Below are positions 40,602 to 50,364 of a DNA stretch of 56,954 nt, piece after piece. The translations under genes were made by a program, and so were the position numbers. Within the stretch, counting starts at the first letter, position 1, and every line of letters starts with the position of its first letter. Source of the stretch: Bacteroidales bacterium (GTDB taxonomy: Bacteria; Bacteroidota; Bacteroidia; Bacteroidales; UBA12170); NCBI GenBank assembly GCA_029938465.1, contig JAOZUW010000001.1, forward strand, positions 1,426 through 58,379, given 5' to 3'. Under the pieces are notes generated by a model. The model was not told the DNA's origin. It searched no databases and saw nothing but the letters and a program-made list of their open reading frames with translations.

Positions 40602-41855
40602 TTACAAACCAAAAGCCTGCTTAATAGTATCTACAAAATCTAATTTTTCCCAAGTAAACAGTTCTACTTCCATCTCCTTATCGCCAAAATAAGGGCTCTT
40701 AAAGTGTTTTTTTACAGTTACTGGAGTTCTTCCCATATGACCATATGCGGCAGTTTCAGCGTAAATTGGATTACGAAGCTTTAATCTCTCCTCTATAAAT
40801 GCAGGGCGAAGATCAAATATTTCTTTTACTTTTTCAGCTATTTGACCATCAGTTAAATCTACATTTGAAGTATTATAGGTATCCACATAAACACCCACAG
40901 GCTCTGCCACTCCAATAGCATAAGAGAGCTGCACCAATATTTCATCCGCCAGACCGGCAGCAACCATATTTTTTGCAATATGACGCGAAGCATAAGCAGC
41001 AGAACGATCAACCTTACTAGGGTCTTTTCCGCTAAAAGCACCACCACCATGAGCACCTTTACCGCCATAAGTATCAACAATAATCTTACGTCCCGTTAAA
41101 CCAGTATCGCCATGAGGTCCACCAATTACAAATTTTCCAGTTGGATTTACATGATAAGTAATTTCATCGTTAAACAAATCTTGAATATGATTTGGAAGTA
41201 CTGCTTTTACACGAGGAACGATAATGTTTATCACATCAGCTTTAATTTTGGCTAGCATCTCTTCATCGGCAGCAAAATCATCATGTTGCGTTGAAACTAC
41301 AATAGTATCTATACGAAGAGGATTGTTATGATCATCGTACTCCACCGTCACCTGGCTCTTACTATCCGGACGAAGGTAGGTCATTTCTTTACCTGCTTTT
41401 CTTACAGCTGCAAGCTCCAGCAATAAAATATGTGAAATCTCCAAAGCTAAAGGCATATAGCTCTCTGTATCCCTACAGGCGTAGCCAAACATCATTCCCT
41501 GATCTCCAGCGCCCTGATCTTCTTTCTTCACTTTGTCAACTCCACGGTTAATATCATCCGATTGCTCATGGATAGCAGAAATAACACCACAGGAATTCCC
41601 GTCAAACATATATTCGCTTTTTGTGTAGCCTATTCGGTTAATTACATCGCGCGCAATTTGCTGAACATCAACATAAGTTTGTGATTTTACTTCGCCTGCC
41701 AAAAAAACCTGACCAGTAGTAACTAATGTTTCAATGGCAACTTTCGATTGAGGGTCAAAAGCCATGAAAGCATCTAGTAATGCATCGGAAATCTGATCGG
41801 AAACCTTGTCAGGATGTCCTTCTGATACAGACTCGGATGTGAATAAATATCCCAT
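40602..41855 (-). CDS. metK: S-adenosylmethionine synthetase
   Basis: [35 protein letters not shown]. Confidence 0.98.
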   Translation of the reverse strand: MGYLFTSESVSEGHPDKVSDQISDALLDAFMAFDPQSKVAIETLVTTGQVFLAGEVKSQTYVDVQQIARDVINRIGYTKSEYMFDGNSCGVISAIHEQSDDINRGVDKVKKEDQGAGDQGMMFGYACRDTESYMPLALEISHILLLELAAVRKAGKEMTYLRPDSKSQVTVEYDDHNNPLRIDTIVVSTQHDDFAADEEMLAKIKADVINIIVPRVKAVLPNHIQDLFNDEITYHVNPTGKFVIGGPHGDTGLTGRKIIVDTYGGKGAHGGGAFSGKDPSKVDRSAAYASRHIAKNMVAAGLADEILVQLSYAIGVAEPVGVYVDTYNTSNVDLTDGQIAEKVKEIFDLRPAFIEERLKLRNPIYAETAAYGHMGRTPVTVKKHFKSPYFGDKEMEVELFTWEKLDFVDTIKQAFGL

Positions 41856-41919
41856 ATCTAATTTTTGTTTTATTGTAATTAAAAAACAGGAAAGATTGCT
41901 TGAAAGGAAATATTAAAAT

Positions 41920-41970
41920 CTTGTTTTAGCATTTTTTTTCCGTGGTTGCAAGCAATTCAAATCTCTCCAC
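41920..41970 (-). ncRNA. SAM-II-like riboswitch in the metK leader
   Basis: Minus strand reads GTGG-AGA-GATTTGAA-TTG-C-TTGC-AA-CCAC-G-G-A8-T-GCTAAAA-CAAG. It has P1 GTGG/CCAC and the GATTT, TTGC and GCTAAA elements of the SAM-II pseudoknot, just downstream of promoter TATATTTG (41990-41983). Confidence 0.85.
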
Positions 41971-42055
41971 TGATAATGGCGGCAAATATAGATATTTTTA
42001 TTTTAATCTTAGATTTATGTAGAAAAAAACTAACAATTATTCATTTAATTTATTT

Positions 42056-42775
42056 TTATTTTATCCTCGCCAAGCAAACATCTCGCCCCTTTGTATTCTT
42101 CAATAAATAAAAGCATTCTTTTTCCATATCACTTTCATGTACTTCAAACTCATCATCCTGCCTCAACTCACTTAAAAAATTAATTTCAAATTCATTAAAA
42201 TGGTTTTCATACTTTGAAAAATAAGCATCCAGTACCCAACGAACATAAGTAGCATTATTTACATGCCCATTCACATCAATATCACTAGCATAGACTTTTC
42301 TGGAAGAAAATTTTCTCAAATCACTAGTTATTTTTATTTTCTCAAGTTTTCGATCAATTGCTTTTTCTACAATAAAATCTGAATGAATAAACTGATAATT
42401 ATCCAATCGCTTAGGTCTATGAGTATCCCTGTCTAATATCATCCAATAGCTACTCACTCTTCCTATAACTTTATTATTCTTCAATAACTCAAAATCACGA
42501 ACAGCAAACAAAGATTCTGCACCTCTTGGCCAGGTTCTTATCTGTATCTCATCATTCCATTTTGGCCAATTATCAATCTCTACTAATACCCGAGTCAGCA
42601 CCCAATAAGCCTTTTCCTTTTCAACAAAATCGTAACCAAAACCATTGGATTGCGCATTTAGATGAGCACTCTCCTGTAAATAATGAAAAAAAGAGCAGAA
42701 AGACATCTTTCCATATTGATCCGCCTCATATGATTTTATCTTAAAATCATAAGTACTAATAGGGTTTTTTAGCAT
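42056..42775 (-). CDS. Acyl-ACP thioesterase (double hotdog)
   Basis: YLQESA..A, WVLTR, I.TWP, DIDVNGHVNNATY. Confidence 0.92.
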   Translation of the reverse strand: MLKNPISTYDFKIKSYEADQYGKMSFCSFFHYLQESAHLNAQSNGFGYDFVEKEKAYWVLTRVLVEIDNWPKWNDEIQIRTWPRGAESLFAVRDFELLKNNKVIGRVSSYWMILDRDTHRPKRLDNYQFIHSDFIVEKAIDRKLEKIKITSDLRKFSSRKVYASDIDVNGHVNNATYVRWVLDAYFSKYENHFNEFEINFLSELRQDDEFEVHESDMEKECFYLLKNTKGRDVCLARIK

Positions 42776-42822
42776 AATCGTTACATTTTTTACAGATCAA
42801 AAATATTTTATCCAATTAAAAA

Positions 42823-43983
42823 CTAAGCTACTTTATCTTGGTTAGCTCGCTCTTGTACATTTACAATAGGGCGAAATCTATATCTAATGATTTTCCATTG
42901 TTGGGGGTATTGCTGTAGTAGCAAATTTACTTTTCGACTGTGATTTTTTAGCTTATCAGAAATAGCAGCTGCAGTAATTGGCTGAGACAAGGTATGACCT
43001 ACATTTACACTGGTGAGTTTTTGCCCATTTTTTATTAATTGATCAGCCGCATGCTCCAACTCTTCTAAAAAGCGATAAATTTTTGTGTCAACTGAATATG
43101 CATCAGCTTGTAATGCAACAACAGTATCCGTATTCTCCTCCTTAACAATTAATTCGGTATCAGAAAAATAATCAGGTAGTAACTTGATTTCTTTTGCCGG
43201 ATTTCCAAAATTTAAAGTTCTGGCAAAATTTACCGCATTTGATATGCTTTTATAAAGCAAGGTAAAATTCCCCAAGTGAGGACGAAGCAACTCCTTAGCT
43301 TCTTTATTTAATACTATTATTTCTCCATCCCTTTTATATTTATTTAATACAGTACTCAACACTGAATCCATAGTATTATATAATTGTTCCACTTGTTTTT
43401 TTTGTTCTTCAATTTTATTCTGCCGCTCATCCAAAAGTCCACGAAGTTGTTCATTAAAATCAAACATAGCTCTACGATTTTCTTGGTGGCTATTTAAAAT
43501 AGCTTTTAAACTGCTGCTCAACAAACGTTCTATTACCATTTTTTGGCTTGTTTCTAAAACATTATCTGAACGTATTGGCCCAAATTCACTTGCATCAGTC
43601 CTAAAATAGAAGATGAACACATCGTAGGCTCTATCATAGTTATTAGGAAAACCAATACACAAGACACTTTTTAATATTTCATGGAAAATATCTAATTCTT
43701 CCAAAGGCTCATTTAATGCATAAAAAGGAAGTTCATCAATACTGTACCATTGAGCTCCTTTAAGTTTTTTCCTAAATATTTCAATATCATCACTTACCGT
43801 TTTAGTGATATCAATATCTAAAAGAGCCTGATTTTCTTTATCATTTACTTGTTTATGCTCTAATTTTCCAGTTTCTGCATTCCGACACAACAAACCCACT
43901 CTATCTAAGCTATGCAACAAATTTGTAGCATCTCGCAGCGTGGACAATACTGGCCGATCTAAAAAATTAAACTGATTATTCAT
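42823..43983 (-). CDS. Hypothetical protein, probable transcription regulator with C-terminal HTH
   Basis: 386-aa clean ORF; central coiled coil; LTSVNVGHTLSQPITAAAISDKLK is HTH-like. Confidence 0.6.
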   Translation of the reverse strand: MNNQFNFLDRPVLSTLRDATNLLHSLDRVGLLCRNAETGKLEHKQVNDKENQALLDIDITKTVSDDIEIFRKKLKGAQWYSIDELPFYALNEPLEELDIFHEILKSVLCIGFPNNYDRAYDVFIFYFRTDASEFGPIRSDNVLETSQKMVIERLLSSSLKAILNSHQENRRAMFDFNEQLRGLLDERQNKIEEQKKQVEQLYNTMDSVLSTVLNKYKRDGEIIVLNKEAKELLRPHLGNFTLLYKSISNAVNFARTLNFGNPAKEIKLLPDYFSDTELIVKEENTDTVVALQADAYSVDTKIYRFLEELEHAADQLIKNGQKLTSVNVGHTLSQPITAAAISDKLKNHSRKVNLLLQQYPQQWKIIRYRFRPIVNVQERANQDKVA

Positions 43984-44136
43984 AAATGATTTAAATTCGG
44001 GTAAATTTAAGAAAAAGAAATGAAGAAAACCAATTTACCTTAATCTATTTTAGTTTTTTCTTAATTTTCTTAATTCCTTTAAGCTTTTCAGTATTTTCTT
44101 AAATGCGACTTAAAACCTCCAAAACGCCTTAATATA

Positions 44137-44168
44137 TTTGGTATACAAGCACTTGGCTAATAGTTTTG
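44137..44168 (+). promoter_or_regulatory. Consensus Bacteroidota primary-sigma promoter
   Basis: TTTG (44137-44140), 20-nt spacer, TAGTTTTG (44161-44168). Confidence 0.75.
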
Positions 44169-44194
44169 CATTAAAAATCAAAACCAATTACATT

Positions 44195-44404
44195 ATGAGA
44201 AAGCACAGTATTTATCACCTCATTCAAGAAAATCGCAAATTGTTTTATACTGGAATAATAAAAAATAGCTACAAAATTCCAATATCAAATAGTCAAAGAC
44301 AAGAAAACCATTCTTCAACAGAATTTATCAATCCGAAAAATGACAAAGCAATTTCATTTAAAGAGCGTAGTATTAATATATTACAAGATATCTTCAATGA
44401 ATAA
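44195..44404 (+). CDS. Small hypothetical protein (69 aa)
   Basis: ATG at 44195 follows the consensus promoter and an A-rich leader; the TTG at 44138 lies inside the promoter. Confidence 0.5.
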   Translation: MRKHSIYHLIQENRKLFYTGIIKNSYKIPISNSQRQENHSSTEFINPKNDKAISFKERSINILQDIFNE

Positions 44405-44458
44405 AAAACAAGCTTATATATTTTTTTATTAGGAAGTTAGAATATTTTTCTTAGTTTT

Positions 44459-47227
44459 ATGCGTCCAAATCAAGCTTCAGTAATGAGAAGAACACTCTTG
44501 TATTTTTTTCTAATAGTCTCATCTATATCTTATGCACAAGATAAAGATGCTTATCTGGATAGTTTAAAAATCAAACTATCTCAAGCAGATAGTACACAAT
44601 GGGTTAAGCTTGCACTTGAGATATCGCAAGAAGTTAGTTATCAAAATCCAGAGTATGCTCAATCACTTATCGATGAATCAATTGATTTATCCCTCGAAAT
44701 AGGATATCAAAATGGGCTTTCAAAATCATATGAACAGCAAGCCGTTTTATTGTACAATAAAAATAAGGTTTTAAGCGGTATTTCTTTTTACAAAAAAGCA
44801 TATGAAATACATGAAAAACAAAAGCAATACAAAGAATCGGCAAATATGTTATTTGGTATCGCAACGGGCTTATCTCGGATATATCAAATAGAAGAATCCA
44901 AGGATACTCTTGACTTTGTTTTACAAAATTATGCTCAAGCTACCGAACCTATAACAAAATCCGCGATATACCATTTACTATCCCAAATATACAGTGGTGA
45001 AGGGGAAAATGACCTTGCAATACTAGCACTAGACACCGCTATTATTATTGAAAAGGAAAATTATTTACTGAAAAGCCTAGCCAAATCATATAATACTCTA
45101 GGAAATATTCATGATAATCTAGGTAATTACAAAAGCTCTTTAATGTATTATAACCTTTGTGAAAAAACTGCAAAAGATATTAATGATACCTTAATGACTT
45201 CCTATGCGATTTATAACAAAGCATACATATACCTATATTGGGGAATTTTTGACGAAGCATTAAAACTTTTTCTAGAATCACAAGAATTAGCAGAAAAAAG
45301 TAGCCAAAAAAATGAAATAGCTGCTTCCCTATCCTCCATAGCCTCAGTTTACCACGAAATGGGAAATCATAATAAAGCAAAACACTATTATCTCGAGTCA
45401 TTAAAAATGGCTGATAAATATGACGATCAAATAACAAAAGCTGTTGTTCTGCATAATTTTGGTGAACTAATGTATATAGAACAGAAATACGATACCGCTT
45501 TAAAATACCTTCTTCAAAGCTTACAATTAGAAATGACAAGAGGAAATACTATAGGTATAGCTCAAACAAAATCAATGCTTGGCACTGTAAATATATCATT
45601 AAATAATTATGACATTGGATTTGCATATTTCAAAGAAGCAGAAAAAGTATTTGAAAAATTCGGTAGCAAAAACGATATGTCAAATCTTTTTTTAGAATAT
45701 GCTAAAACTTATGAAAAATTACAAAAAGATTCTTTATCGGTTGTCTATTTTGAAAAAGGTATTGATTTAGCCTCTAAAATTAACAACAGAACACTACTGA
45801 AAGATGGTTACAAAGCTGCCTCATCCAACTACGAAAGACTTTATAATTACAAAAAGGCGCTTCTTTATTTTAAAAAACACAAAACTATTGCCGATAGTAT
45901 ATTTAATCAGAAAGCTTCTCACCGTATAGACTATATGAGTCTCAAACTAGAAACTCAGGAGCAGGAAAAGAAACTAAGCAAGCTTGAGAATACACAAAAA
46001 GTAACAACACTAGAAAATAAAAACAGAACAGTTTTTCTTTTAGCTGCCATTTTTGGATTGATCATCTCTATGATATTCTTTTATTGGCGTTATAGGATGA
46101 AGAAAAAAGCGGCAGCTCGATTAAGTATACAATATCATATATTAGAAGAAAGTGAACAAAAAATTAAAGCCTTACTTGATGCTAGCTTTGATTCTACCTT
46201 ACTTGTTGATTTAAAAGGAAATATATTAACTATTAATAAAAACCAATTGAATGGCTTCTTCTCAAATACACAATCAATGGTCAACAAGGAGTTATTTTCA
46301 TACTTTAACAATGATAACAATGGAAAATTAAAAAAACTCTTCAGTATAGTAATCAATAGTAAAAAACCCAAAGAAATAGAAATCTATGAGAACAATAGTT
46401 TCATTTTAAATACTAGAATTAGTCCTGTCCTTGATTCACAGAAAGAAGTAAATTCCCTTGCTTTTTATATTAAAGATATCACTCAGATAGAAAAAGTTAA
46501 AAAGGAAAAACAAAAGATGGAAAAGAAGCTTATCCAAACCCAAAAAATGGAAACAATAGGTACTCTTGCTGGTGGAATTGCTCATGATTTTAACAATTCG
46601 CTAGCAACTGTTCAAGGGTATGTAAGCATGATACTTGAAGATGTAGATCCTAAAAGTCATTTACATCGATATCTTTTAAATACGCAGAAAGCGGTTACAC
46701 TATCTAAAGAAACGGTACAGAAACTAATGATTTACAGCCGCGCAAAGGAAATTATTTTTAATAAGGTAAGACTTGATGAGTTAATTGAAGATAGCATGGA
46801 TATCATTATGGGTAGCAAACCCAAAAATATACAACTTCAGTATCCTGATAAAATAAAGAGAATTGAATTTTTAGCTGATAAAAACCAGCTTACACAGGTG
46901 ATTGTAAATATTTGCACAAATGCATTTCATGCCATAGAAGATGAAAAAGGAACAGTAACACTAAGTATTAAAGAAGAAAAAACAATAAATGAGTATCTAT
47001 TTACTCCAATGACAGTTATTGAAATATCAGATAATGGAATTGGTATGGATAACGAAACGAAAAAAAGAATTTTTGAACCTTTTTTTACTACTAAATCCGT
47101 TGGGAAAGGTACAGGGCTAGGCCTCTCTGTTGTAGCTGGAATAATAAAACAACATAAAGGTAAAATTGAAGTCAAATCTGAATTTGGTAAAGGATCTACC
47201 TTTACAATCTATTTACCTACAATATAA
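44459..47227 (+). CDS. TPR-sensor, TM, PAS histidine kinase
   Basis: Signal peptide, many TPRs (SYNTLGNIHDNLGNY), TM, PAS-like region, H-box LAGGIAHDFNN, FEPFFTTK..GKGTGLGL. Confidence 0.92.
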   Translation: MRPNQASVMRRTLLYFFLIVSSISYAQDKDAYLDSLKIKLSQADSTQWVKLALEISQEVSYQNPEYAQSLIDESIDLSLEIGYQNGLSKSYEQQAVLLYNKNKVLSGISFYKKAYEIHEKQKQYKESANMLFGIATGLSRIYQIEESKDTLDFVLQNYAQATEPITKSAIYHLLSQIYSGEGENDLAILALDTAIIIEKENYLLKSLAKSYNTLGNIHDNLGNYKSSLMYYNLCEKTAKDINDTLMTSYAIYNKAYIYLYWGIFDEALKLFLESQELAEKSSQKNEIAASLSSIASVYHEMGNHNKAKHYYLESLKMADKYDDQITKAVVLHNFGELMYIEQKYDTALKYLLQSLQLEMTRGNTIGIAQTKSMLGTVNISLNNYDIGFAYFKEAEKVFEKFGSKNDMSNLFLEYAKTYEKLQKDSLSVVYFEKGIDLASKINNRTLLKDGYKAASSNYERLYNYKKALLYFKKHKTIADSIFNQKASHRIDYMSLKLETQEQEKKLSKLENTQKVTTLENKNRTVFLLAAIFGLIISMIFFYWRYRMKKKAAARLSIQYHILEESEQKIKALLDASFDSTLLVDLKGNILTINKNQLNGFFSNTQSMVNKELFSYFNNDNNGKLKKLFSIVINSKKPKEIEIYENNSFILNTRISPVLDSQKEVNSLAFYIKDITQIEKVKKEKQKMEKKLIQTQKMETIGTLAGGIAHDFNNSLATVQGYVSMILEDVDPKSHLHRYLLNTQKAVTLSKETVQKLMIYSRAKEIIFNKVRLDELIEDSMDIIMGSKPKNIQLQYPDKIKRIEFLADKNQLTQVIVNICTNAFHAIEDEKGTVTLSIKEEKTINEYLFTPMTVIEISDNGIGMDNETKKRIFEPFFTTKSVGKGTGLGLSVVAGIIKQHKGKIEVKSEFGKGSTFTIYLPTI

Positions 47228-47293
47228 ATTTATTATATAAAATATAAAGACTCAAATTTATTGGAAACAAACATAAACTATAAATCAAAGATA

Positions 47294-47659
47294 ATGAAAA
47301 AGAAAATACTACTTATTGATGACGATATTCATTTTAGAGAAATGTTCACAGAACTACTTAAAAGAAGCAATTTTGAAGTTATAGAAATATCTGATGGAAG
47401 ATATGCTACAAATAAATATAAAGAGCATAAACCTGATTTAATAATTACAGATATTATTATGCCTGAAAAAGAAGGTATAGAAACTATCTTAGATTTGAAA
47501 AGATTAGATAGTAAAATTAAAATTATTGCAATATCAGGTGGAGGGAGAGTAAACCCTGTTGATAACCTCCGATCTGCTCAACTTTTAGGTGCAGATGCTA
47601 CATTTGAAAAACCATTCGAAAATAAAGCCATTTTAGATAAAATAAATGAACTCATCTGA
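47294..47659 (+). CDS. Single-domain response regulator
   Basis: LLIDDD, ITDIIMP, AISGG, FEKPF; no output domain; ATG at 47294 preferred over TTG at 47261. Confidence 0.92.
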   Translation: MKKKILLIDDDIHFREMFTELLKRSNFEVIEISDGRYATNKYKEHKPDLIITDIIMPEKEGIETILDLKRLDSKIKIIAISGGGRVNPVDNLRSAQLLGADATFEKPFENKAILDKINELI

Positions 47660-47979
47660 ATCTATTCGAGTATTTTTACTTAATATAAAACTTAAATTAT
47701 TAGAAAAAAATACTAGTGAATTATAGAGGAAACTCTATTCACTATTTAGATTGAAATTTAGATAGCTTCTAAATTGATTTTCATTTCCTTGATTATCAGT
47801 ATATTAACCAAGTCTAAAAAGTAAAAAAATATTTTTAACATTCTTTAGTGCTTGATATTCAGCATATTACACAAGCTTAAGTGTTTCGACATTATCTCTT
47901 CCTTTTACAACATTTGTTTCTATTTTTGCTGCTCGAAAACAAGATATTAATAACGATTTAGAAACCAAAGAACATAAAG

Positions 47980-48981
47980 GTGAACGAAGTTATCATTTAT
48001 ACCGTAGGCTCCTTAGGAGCTCTTGCTATAGTAGCAGCGGTTATTCTCTATTTTGTAGCACAAAAGTTCAAAGTATTTGAAGATCCCCGAATAGACGATG
48101 TAGAAGAAGCCTTACCAAGCGCCAACTGTGGTGGCTGTGGCTATGCCGGTTGTAGAGCTTTTGCTGAGGCCATTGTTAAATCAGGAACTCTCGAGGGCTT
48201 TAACTGTCCGGTAGGTGGTGCTGATATTATGACTGATGTAGGAAAAGTGATGGGCCTAGAAGCTGCTATTGCAGAACCTCAAATTGCTGTAGTACGCTGT
48301 AATGGTACTGTTAAAAACTCTCCTGCAAAAGTAAAATATGATGGCATTTCAAGCTGTGCTGCAGCTGCAACGATATTTTCTGGCGAAGGAGGATGTTCTT
48401 TTGGTTGTTTAGGACTTGGAGATTGCGAAGAATCTTGTGATTTTGATGCTATCCATGTGAATCCTAAAACAATGATACCAGAAGTTACTAGTAATTGTGT
48501 AGCTTGTAATGCTTGCGTTATTGCCTGCCCTAAAGATATTATTGAGCTTCGTAATGTGGGTAAAAAAGAACGTCGCATCTTTGTATCCTGTGTTAACGAA
48601 GAAAAAGGTGCACCTGCTAAAAAGAATTGTGATGTAGCTTGTATTGGTTGTTCAAAATGCTTCAATGTTTGTCCGTTTGACGCCATTGAAATGAAAAATA
48701 ACCGTGCATATATCGATTACGAAAAATGTAAGCTTTGTAGAAAATGCGTTGTGGTTTGTCCAACTGAAGCTATTCATGAAATTAACTTTCCATTAAAAAA
48801 ACTCAAGACAGAGGTTAAAAAAGAAATCCCTAAAAAGGAAATGGAAACAATAAAAGTAGATATTACAGCTAATTTGGAAACAAAAACGACTGAAAGAACT
48901 AAAGATGAAAAGCCAGGAGAATCCCCAAAGGAAAAAACCATTAAGGAAACTCCATCAGATAATAATGACGATAAAGCTTAA
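47980..48981 (+). CDS. rnfB: Rnf complex subunit B
   Basis: N-terminal TM, LPSANCGGCGYAGC, several CxxCxxCxxxCP ferredoxin motifs; -7 TATTTTTG at 47921-47928. Confidence 0.95.
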   Translation: MNEVIIYTVGSLGALAIVAAVILYFVAQKFKVFEDPRIDDVEEALPSANCGGCGYAGCRAFAEAIVKSGTLEGFNCPVGGADIMTDVGKVMGLEAAIAEPQIAVVRCNGTVKNSPAKVKYDGISSCAAAATIFSGEGGCSFGCLGLGDCEESCDFDAIHVNPKTMIPEVTSNCVACNACVIACPKDIIELRNVGKKERRIFVSCVNEEKGAPAKKNCDVACIGCSKCFNVCPFDAIEMKNNRAYIDYEKCKLCRKCVVVCPTEAIHEINFPLKKLKTEVKKEIPKKEMETIKVDITANLETKTTERTKDEKPGESPKEKTIKETPSDNNDDKA

Positions 48982-49000
48982 TTCTCTAAAAGGGTATTAA

Positions 49001-50332
49001 ATGAAGACTTTTAAACTTGGTGGTGTACATCCACCCGAAAATAAATTATCGGCTCAAGCAGCCATCGAGAAAATTGCCATTCCAAAACAGGTAAGTGTTC
49101 CTATTGGGCAACATTTGGGAGCTCCTGCCACAGCTGTGGTAAAAAAAGGCGATGAAGTAAAAGTAGGGCAATTACTTGCCAAAGCTACTGGATTTATATC
49201 AGCCAATATCCATTCTCCTGTCTCAGGAAAAGTATTTAAAATTGATAATGTTTACGATAGCAGTGGTTATCGTAAGCCTTCTATCATTATTAAAGTTGAA
49301 GGTGACGAATGGGTAGACACCATAGACCGAAGCCCTGAAATTGATGGTAATATTAAACTATCTGCAAAAGAAATCACTGATAAGATTAACGAAATGGGTG
49401 TTGTAGGTCTTGGTGGTGCTACATTCCCCTCTTTTGTTAAACTGATGGTTCCTGAAGGGAAAAAGGTTGATTTTCTGGTTATCAACGGCGTGGAGTGCGA
49501 ACCCTATCTCACTTCAGATCACCGTGTTATGCTAGAACGAGGCGAAGAAATGCTTATTGGTGTAAGTATCTTAATGAAAGGCCTTAAAACAAATAAAGCT
49601 CTTATTGGAGTGGAGAATAACAAGCCTGATGCTATTGAAGACCTGAGAAAATTAGCACAGAAATTTAAAGGAATTGAAATTCATCCTCTAAAAGTACAAT
49701 ATCCACAAGGTGGTGAAAAACAATTAATACAAGCGCTTACTGGTAGAGAAGTACCATCGGGTAAATTACCTTTAGAAGTAGGCTGTGTAGTAAATAACGT
49801 AGGAACAGCTTTGGCTGTTTATGAAGCAGTTCAAAAAAATAAACCTTTATTTGAGCGCGTTGTTACTGTTACTGGTAAATCCGTAAAAAAACCTTCTAAT
49901 TTTCTGACAAGAATTGGAACTCCAGTGAAAGAGCTTATAGAAGCTGCTCAAGGATTACCAGATGATACTGGCAAAATTATTAATGGCGGCCCAATGATGG
50001 GGAAAGCACTCATTAGTACTGACATTCCTGTTGTAAAAGGTACTTCCGGTATTTTAATAATGCCTGAAAAAGAAAGTAAAAGAAACGACACCAGCAATTG
50101 TATTCGATGTGCAAAATGTGTACAAGTATGCCCAATGGGTCTGGAGCCTGTATTACTATCAAAAACATCAAAATTAGAGATGTTTGAGAAAGTAGAAAAT
50201 GAAAGAGTAATGGATTGCATAGAATGTGGTTCCTGCTCATATACTTGTCCTGCCAATATACCCTTATTAGATTATATTAGATATGGGAAAAATAAAGTAG
50301 GTCAAATATTAAGAGAAAGAAGTAAAAAATAA
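49001..50332 (+). CDS. rnfC: Rnf complex subunit C
   Basis: GGVHPPENK, GLGGATFP, NGVECEPYLTSD, YPQGGEKQL, two 4Fe-4S motifs. Confidence 0.96.
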   Translation: MKTFKLGGVHPPENKLSAQAAIEKIAIPKQVSVPIGQHLGAPATAVVKKGDEVKVGQLLAKATGFISANIHSPVSGKVFKIDNVYDSSGYRKPSIIIKVEGDEWVDTIDRSPEIDGNIKLSAKEITDKINEMGVVGLGGATFPSFVKLMVPEGKKVDFLVINGVECEPYLTSDHRVMLERGEEMLIGVSILMKGLKTNKALIGVENNKPDAIEDLRKLAQKFKGIEIHPLKVQYPQGGEKQLIQALTGREVPSGKLPLEVGCVVNNVGTALAVYEAVQKNKPLFERVVTVTGKSVKKPSNFLTRIGTPVKELIEAAQGLPDDTGKIINGGPMMGKALISTDIPVVKGTSGILIMPEKESKRNDTSNCIRCAKCVQVCPMGLEPVLLSKTSKLEMFEKVENERVMDCIECGSCSYTCPANIPLLDYIRYGKNKVGQILRERSKK

Positions 50333-50364
50333 ATCGTAATTTATAAATAAAATATAGTCTGATA

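Noticed and set aside
44153-44170. Sigma54-like promoter TTGGC...TTGCA
   Set aside because: GG-to-GC spacing is 11 nt, not the required 10; the sequence fits the TTTG-N20-TAnnTTTG promoter better.
47788-47869. FNR or Rex boxes upstream of rnf
   Set aside because: Spacing does not fit TTGAT-N4-ATCAA or TTGTGAA-N4-TTCACAA.
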